Part shown: positions 59,580 through 64,000 of the stretch, piece after piece
Numbering within the stretch: the first letter of the stretch is position 1
Layout of the letters: the number at the start of each line of letters is the position of its first letter
From: an uncultured Methanomicrobiales archaeon
GTDB lineage: Archaea; Halobacteriota; Methanomicrobia; Methanomicrobiales; Methanospirillaceae
Assembly (NCBI GenBank): GCA_963697895.1
Contig: OY969100.1
Span: forward strand, 1,056,001 to 1,120,000
Direction: 5' to 3'
DNA length: 64,000 bases
Notes under the pieces: model-generated
The model's database searches: none
What the model saw: only the letters and a program-made list of their open reading frames with translations
What the model was told of the DNA's origin: nothing
Program-made: the position numbers and the translations under genes

Positions 59580-61928
59580 ATGACCAAACCATGGAAAGGG
59601 AAAATTGCACTCGATATCCGCGATTCAAAACCGGACTGGACCCCGTATATCCAGCCGACCGCACCGGAAGGTGCACCCAATGTCCTGATGATCGTCTGGG
59701 ATGATGTGGGGTATGGGACCATGGACACGTTCGGTGGTCCCGTTGAGACGCCGAATATGACCAGGATCGCTGACTCCGGAATCCGGTTCAGTAATTTTCA
59801 TACCACCGCCCTCTGCTCCCCCACCCGTTCCTGTCTCCTCACGGGACGGAACGCGACGAGCAACAACATGGCCTGCATCACCGAAGGGTCGGCGGGGTTC
59901 CCGGGGATCAGCGCCCGGATACCGTTCGAGAACGGGACCATCGCCGAGGTGCTCAATGAACGGGGCTGGAACACCTATGCCATCGGGAAGTGGCACCTTA
60001 CCCCCGGTGAGGAGGTCGATCTCTCGGCATGGAAGGGACGCTGGCCGCTGGGCCGGGGATTCGAGCGGTTCTACGGGTTCCTCGGGGGGGAGTCCAGCCA
60101 GTGGTACCCCGATCTCGTCTATGACAACCACCCGGTCGAACAGCCATACCTGCCAGAGGAGGGATACCACCTCTCCAAAGACCTCGCCGACAAGGCGATC
60201 GGGTTTGTACGGGATGCGAAGATGGTGGCCCCGGATAAGCCCTGGTTCCTGTACTTCTGCCCGGGATGCGCCCATGCCCCGCACCACGTCTTCAAGGAAT
60301 GGGCCGATCGGTACAAAGGCAGGTTCGACCAGGGTTACGAGGAGATCCGGAGACAGATCCTCGCAAACCAGAAGAAGATGGGACTTTTACCGGCATCCAC
60401 CGAATTATCCCCGATCAACCCGCACGGGGAACCCGATGTGAAAGGACCGGACGGGCAGCCCTGGCCGGGGCTCGATTTTGTGCGGCCATGGAATTCGCTC
60501 TCGAAAGAGGAGCAGAAACTGTTCACCCGGATGGCCGAGGTCTTTGCCGGTTTTGTCTCCTACACGGATCACGAGATCGGGAGGATCCTCGATTATCTCC
60601 AGGAGTCGGGGCAGCTGGAGAACACGATCGTGATCGTCGTCTCGGACAACGGTGCGAGCGGCGAGGGGGGACCGAACGGTACTTTCAACGAGGCGAAATT
60701 TTTCAACAATATTCCCGACGACATCAAAGAGAACCTCCTCCACCTCGACGAACTCGGCAGCCCGAAGTCCTACAACCACTACTGCAACGGGTGGGCGTGG
60801 GCCTTTGACACCCCGTTCCCCTACTGGAAACGGTTTGCCGGGTACGAGGGCGGGGTCGCCGATATGTGTCTCGTTGCGTGGCCAAAAGGCATTCCTGCCC
60901 GCGGGGAGATGCGCCACCAGTACGTCCATGCCGTGGACATCGTGCCGACCCTCTACGACTTCCTGGGCATCCAGCCCCCCGGGGTCCTGAAGGGGTATAC
61001 CCAGAGCCCGATTGAAGGGGAGAGTTTTATCCCGGCCATCCGGGATCCGAAGGCACCGGAAAAGGAGGTCCAGTTCTACACGATGCTCGGCCAGAGGGCG
61101 CTCTATTCCCAGGGCTGGCTGGCAAATACCCTCCATCCACCCCTCTCCGGCTGGTCCAGGTTCGAGCATGATGTCTGGGAGCTCTACAACCTGAAAGAAG
61201 ACCGGTCCCAGATGCATAACGTTGCCGACAAGAACCCTGAGATACTCGGGAAACTAAAGGGCCTCTGGTACTACTATGCCGGCATCTACCGGGGCCTCCC
61301 CCTCGATGATCGCAGTGCCCTGGAGATCATCACCACGGAGCGACCGCAGCCTTCGAAGATCCGGAACCGCTACATCTATTATCCTGACTGTGCGGATGTA
61401 CCCGAGATCGTGGCGGTCAATATCAGGCGGCGTTCATATACCATCGTCGCCGGGGCAGTCATCGATTCGCCCGACGCGACGGGTGTCCTTTTTGCCCAGG
61501 GGGGTGTCACAGGGGGCCACAGCCTGTATATCAAAGATAACAGGCTGCACTACCTGTACAACTGGCTGGGGGAGAAGTTCCAGAAGGTCTCGTCGGATAT
61601 CGGGATCTCCCCGGGGAAACATGCCTTTACCGCGGAGTTCGTGAAAACGGGGGACCACAAAGAGACCATGAGTGCGCTGGGCACGCTCACCCTGTACATC
61701 GACACAAAGCAGGTCGGCCAGGCGACCATCATGACCCAGCCGGGGTACTTCGGTCTGGTCGGAGACGGCCTCTGCGTCGGAAGAGACAGTGCATCACCCG
61801 TATCGCCCGATTATACCGCACCCTTCCGCTTCACGGGAGGAGTTATCGAACGGGTCATCGTGGACGTGAGCGGGGAATTGTATGTGGACCATGAGAAGGA
61901 GGTTACTGCCTGGCTCATGAGGGACTGA
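59580..61928 (+). CDS. Arylsulfatase (Cys-type formylglycine sulfatase)
   Basis: DDVG, CSPTR...LTGR, GKWHL, HAPH, SDNG; T-tract after stop. Confidence 0.94.
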   Translation: MTKPWKGKIALDIRDSKPDWTPYIQPTAPEGAPNVLMIVWDDVGYGTMDTFGGPVETPNMTRIADSGIRFSNFHTTALCSPTRSCLLTGRNATSNNMACITEGSAGFPGISARIPFENGTIAEVLNERGWNTYAIGKWHLTPGEEVDLSAWKGRWPLGRGFERFYGFLGGESSQWYPDLVYDNHPVEQPYLPEEGYHLSKDLADKAIGFVRDAKMVAPDKPWFLYFCPGCAHAPHHVFKEWADRYKGRFDQGYEEIRRQILANQKKMGLLPASTELSPINPHGEPDVKGPDGQPWPGLDFVRPWNSLSKEEQKLFTRMAEVFAGFVSYTDHEIGRILDYLQESGQLENTIVIVVSDNGASGEGGPNGTFNEAKFFNNIPDDIKENLLHLDELGSPKSYNHYCNGWAWAFDTPFPYWKRFAGYEGGVADMCLVAWPKGIPARGEMRHQYVHAVDIVPTLYDFLGIQPPGVLKGYTQSPIEGESFIPAIRDPKAPEKEVQFYTMLGQRALYSQGWLANTLHPPLSGWSRFEHDVWELYNLKEDRSQMHNVADKNPEILGKLKGLWYYYAGIYRGLPLDDRSALEIITTERPQPSKIRNRYIYYPDCADVPEIVAVNIRRRSYTIVAGAVIDSPDATGVLFAQGGVTGGHSLYIKDNRLHYLYNWLGEKFQKVSSDIGISPGKHAFTAEFVKTGDHKETMSALGTLTLYIDTKQVGQATIMTQPGYFGLVGDGLCVGRDSASPVSPDYTAPFRFTGGVIERVIVDVSGELYVDHEKEVTAWLMRD

Positions 61929-62361
61929 CCGGCTGGCACACATTAATCCTTTTTTTGGTTCATAGCGAAGACAGTCCGGCGCACCAAACGCGAAAAATTC
62001 CCGAAATTCTACGGGGGAGTGCCCTGTTCTCTCGCAGGCAGGGGCAGGTGCCCAGGAACAGGTTTGCGGTTACCCGTGACGGCGAGCCAGGGCCTGCAGT
62101 ATCCCTGCGAAGGCTACCGGATGTTCTTTTTCCCCTTCGACAGGGCGATGAAGTTCATGGTCAGGGAAAGAACGAGAGGGCGGTCGGCCATCAAACGTTG
62201 ATGAAATACCTGCAGGATAAGAAATTATCAGGACCATATCTCACACAACTCCGTGGAAACGCCTTTTCCTTATTTTCCTCCGTCATTTACTAAAAAATCG
62301 CCCCTCACAAATAAGAGCCTTAAATACGTCCACGGCCGGATTTCTTTAGTTGTGAATTTTC

Positions 62362-63198
62362 ATGTTCCAAATCAAGCGCAGGGAGCAACTGGACTTCGGG
62401 TATGAACTATTCATCGCCGCGGTGTCGATTCTTTCGGTTTTCAACCTGATACTGATCTATTTTCCGAATATAGATCCGGATTCGGTGAATGTCGTCTATA
62501 TTATCAATGTCATCCTCACCCTGTTCTTTGTCTATGACTTCAGTCTCCGGTTTTCCACGGCACCTGACCGGAAGTTCTACTTCTTCCGGAACTTCGGGTG
62601 GGCTGACCTGCTGGCGATAATCCCGCTCTTCCGTATCTTCCGGTTGTTCCGGATCTATAAGGCCTACCGGATCATCAAAAAGTACGGGTTTACGTATATC
62701 AGAGAGTACCTCTCCCATAACAGGGCCGCATCAGCACTGTATATCCTCATCCTGATGGTCCTTCTCATCATTGAATTCGGGTCCATCTTTGTACTCCAGG
62801 CGGAAGGAAAATCCCCTGATGCGAATATCACCAGCGCCGGGGATGCGATATGGTGGGCGTATGTGACCATCACCACGGTCGGCTACGGGGATCAGTATCC
62901 CGTGACGACAGGGGGCCGGATCGTGGGAGTCCTGGTGATGACCACGGGAGTGGCAGTCTTTGCGACGTTTGCCGGGCTGATATCGAGCAAACTCCTGGCG
63001 CCGCCGGCACAGCCCCAAAGAGAGGAGGAATCGCCGGAACAACCCCCGGCGGGAGAAGATACGGCTGCCCGGCATCTTGCGGAACTGAAACAGCTGATCG
63101 GCGAACGGGAGAAGATCGAGACCGAGATCACCAGCCGGGTCGAACAGCTGGAACAGTTGCTGGAAAAGGGTCAATACCGGGCGGTTGGGGGAGATTAA
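62362..63198 (+). CDS. Voltage-gated-type potassium channel
   Basis: S4-like FRIFRLFRIYK; selectivity filter TTVGYGD. Confidence 0.93.
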   Translation: MFQIKRREQLDFGYELFIAAVSILSVFNLILIYFPNIDPDSVNVVYIINVILTLFFVYDFSLRFSTAPDRKFYFFRNFGWADLLAIIPLFRIFRLFRIYKAYRIIKKYGFTYIREYLSHNRAASALYILILMVLLIIEFGSIFVLQAEGKSPDANITSAGDAIWWAYVTITTVGYGDQYPVTTGGRIVGVLVMTTGVAVFATFAGLISSKLLAPPAQPQREEESPEQPPAGEDTAARHLAELKQLIGEREKIETEITSRVEQLEQLLEKGQYRAVGGD

Positions 63199-63253
63199 CA
63201 GATACGGTCCGGAAACAATATTTTTTAAAAAGAGATTGAGCTGCGAAAAAACG

Positions 63254-63817
63254 TTATTGTTTCTGCCCGGCTTCCTGTATTTCCAGTCGTTTTCTCTCAA
63301 TCTGGTCTTTTGAAGCAATACTCAGTATGTAGCCGATTGCGATCATCACCAGCGAAATTCCTATTCCCAGTCCCGCTATCATTATTCCATCGGAGGCCGT
63401 GGACGCATAACCCAGGAACAGGACGGCGAGTACTACGACAATCACAATCAAAAGACGCACTTTCAGGACCTCGAATGAGGGGGTATCCAGCCATTCCGGA
63501 AGGTCGAGATCGGAATCAATGAAGAGCTGATACAGCCCGAGTGAAATAATAATCAGGACGAGGCCTATCAGATAGAGGTCTATCATTTCCGTTACCGTGA
63601 CCGAGAGAAATTTTCCCGCTTCCCCGGAGAAAATACCGTCATGAATGAGAAATGATACAATCCGGAATAATTCTGCAAACCCGGTTATTACCACAATAAT
63701 CGAGGTAATAATCATACCGATAATGGCAATAATTACCAGAATACGGCTGAGAAAATAGAGATTCTTCAGCCAGGCACGCTTTTCCGGGGTGTCCTTTACC
63801 AGACTTTCATCAGTCAT
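63254..63817 (-). CDS. YqhA family membrane protein (second paralog)
   Basis: IDLYL...GLYQLFI...LPEWL. Confidence 0.85.
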   Translation of the reverse strand: MTDESLVKDTPEKRAWLKNLYFLSRILVIIAIIGMIITSIIVVITGFAELFRIVSFLIHDGIFSGEAGKFLSVTVTEMIDLYLIGLVLIIISLGLYQLFIDSDLDLPEWLDTPSFEVLKVRLLIVIVVVLAVLFLGYASTASDGIMIAGLGIGISLVMIAIGYILSIASKDQIERKRLEIQEAGQKQ

Positions 63818-64000
63818 ATCGCCCACTGGTTCAAGATACTCGTGTATCCTTATCACACTTATCTTTCGAGGCTCGGCAAATCAGCTGCCATGATTATTGA
63901 ACTGCCGGAATAAGATCTCGCCGGCGTTTCACTGATTTGGCTCATACTGAAAAACAAGACTATGCTATTGTGAGCTGTGTCCCATGGAAAAGGAATATGG

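Overview
Accessory-rich 64 kb region, most likely from a Methanomicrobiales-type methanogenic archaeon. This is an inference from FmdE, three DUF2769 Cys-rich proteins, DUF2299, an Hjc-like gene, archaeal BRE/TATA motifs and oligo-T terminators. (1) 0-13 kb: metal, arsenic and oxidative-stress genes (CDF, Acr3/ArsR, TauE, FmdE, cysteine desulfurase, SOD). (2) ~13.5-19.5 kb: a replication module of an integrated plasmid/virus-like element: a ~1255-aa AEP/RepB-like primase + Zn finger + P-loop ATPase gene containing iteron-like GATCCCA repeats, a degenerate Hjc-like gene, 48-bp-period repeats, a strongly structured minus-strand leader and a G-rich tract. (3) ~19.6-28.6 kb: AT-rich defence island (EcoRII-like REase, Vsr, Dcm, an unknown PD-(D/E)xK nuclease, an IS remnant, an NDT-like effector, an MNT-HEPN toxin-antitoxin pair with a triple operator). 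(4) 28.7-64 kb: transport, redox and envelope genes, including three tandem blue-copper lipoproteins facing a PQQ-type beta-propeller lipoprotein, a KamA-like radical SAM enzyme, a P-type ATPase, an arylsulfatase and a K+ channel. Twice, a cassette is bracketed by a gene and a diverged copy of that gene's 3' end. Several single-base indels (arsR, rep, GT2, P-type ATPase) probably reflect assembly error. No rRNA, complete tRNA, CRISPR array or integrase was recognised. All family calls come from motif recognition by eye, not from database searches.
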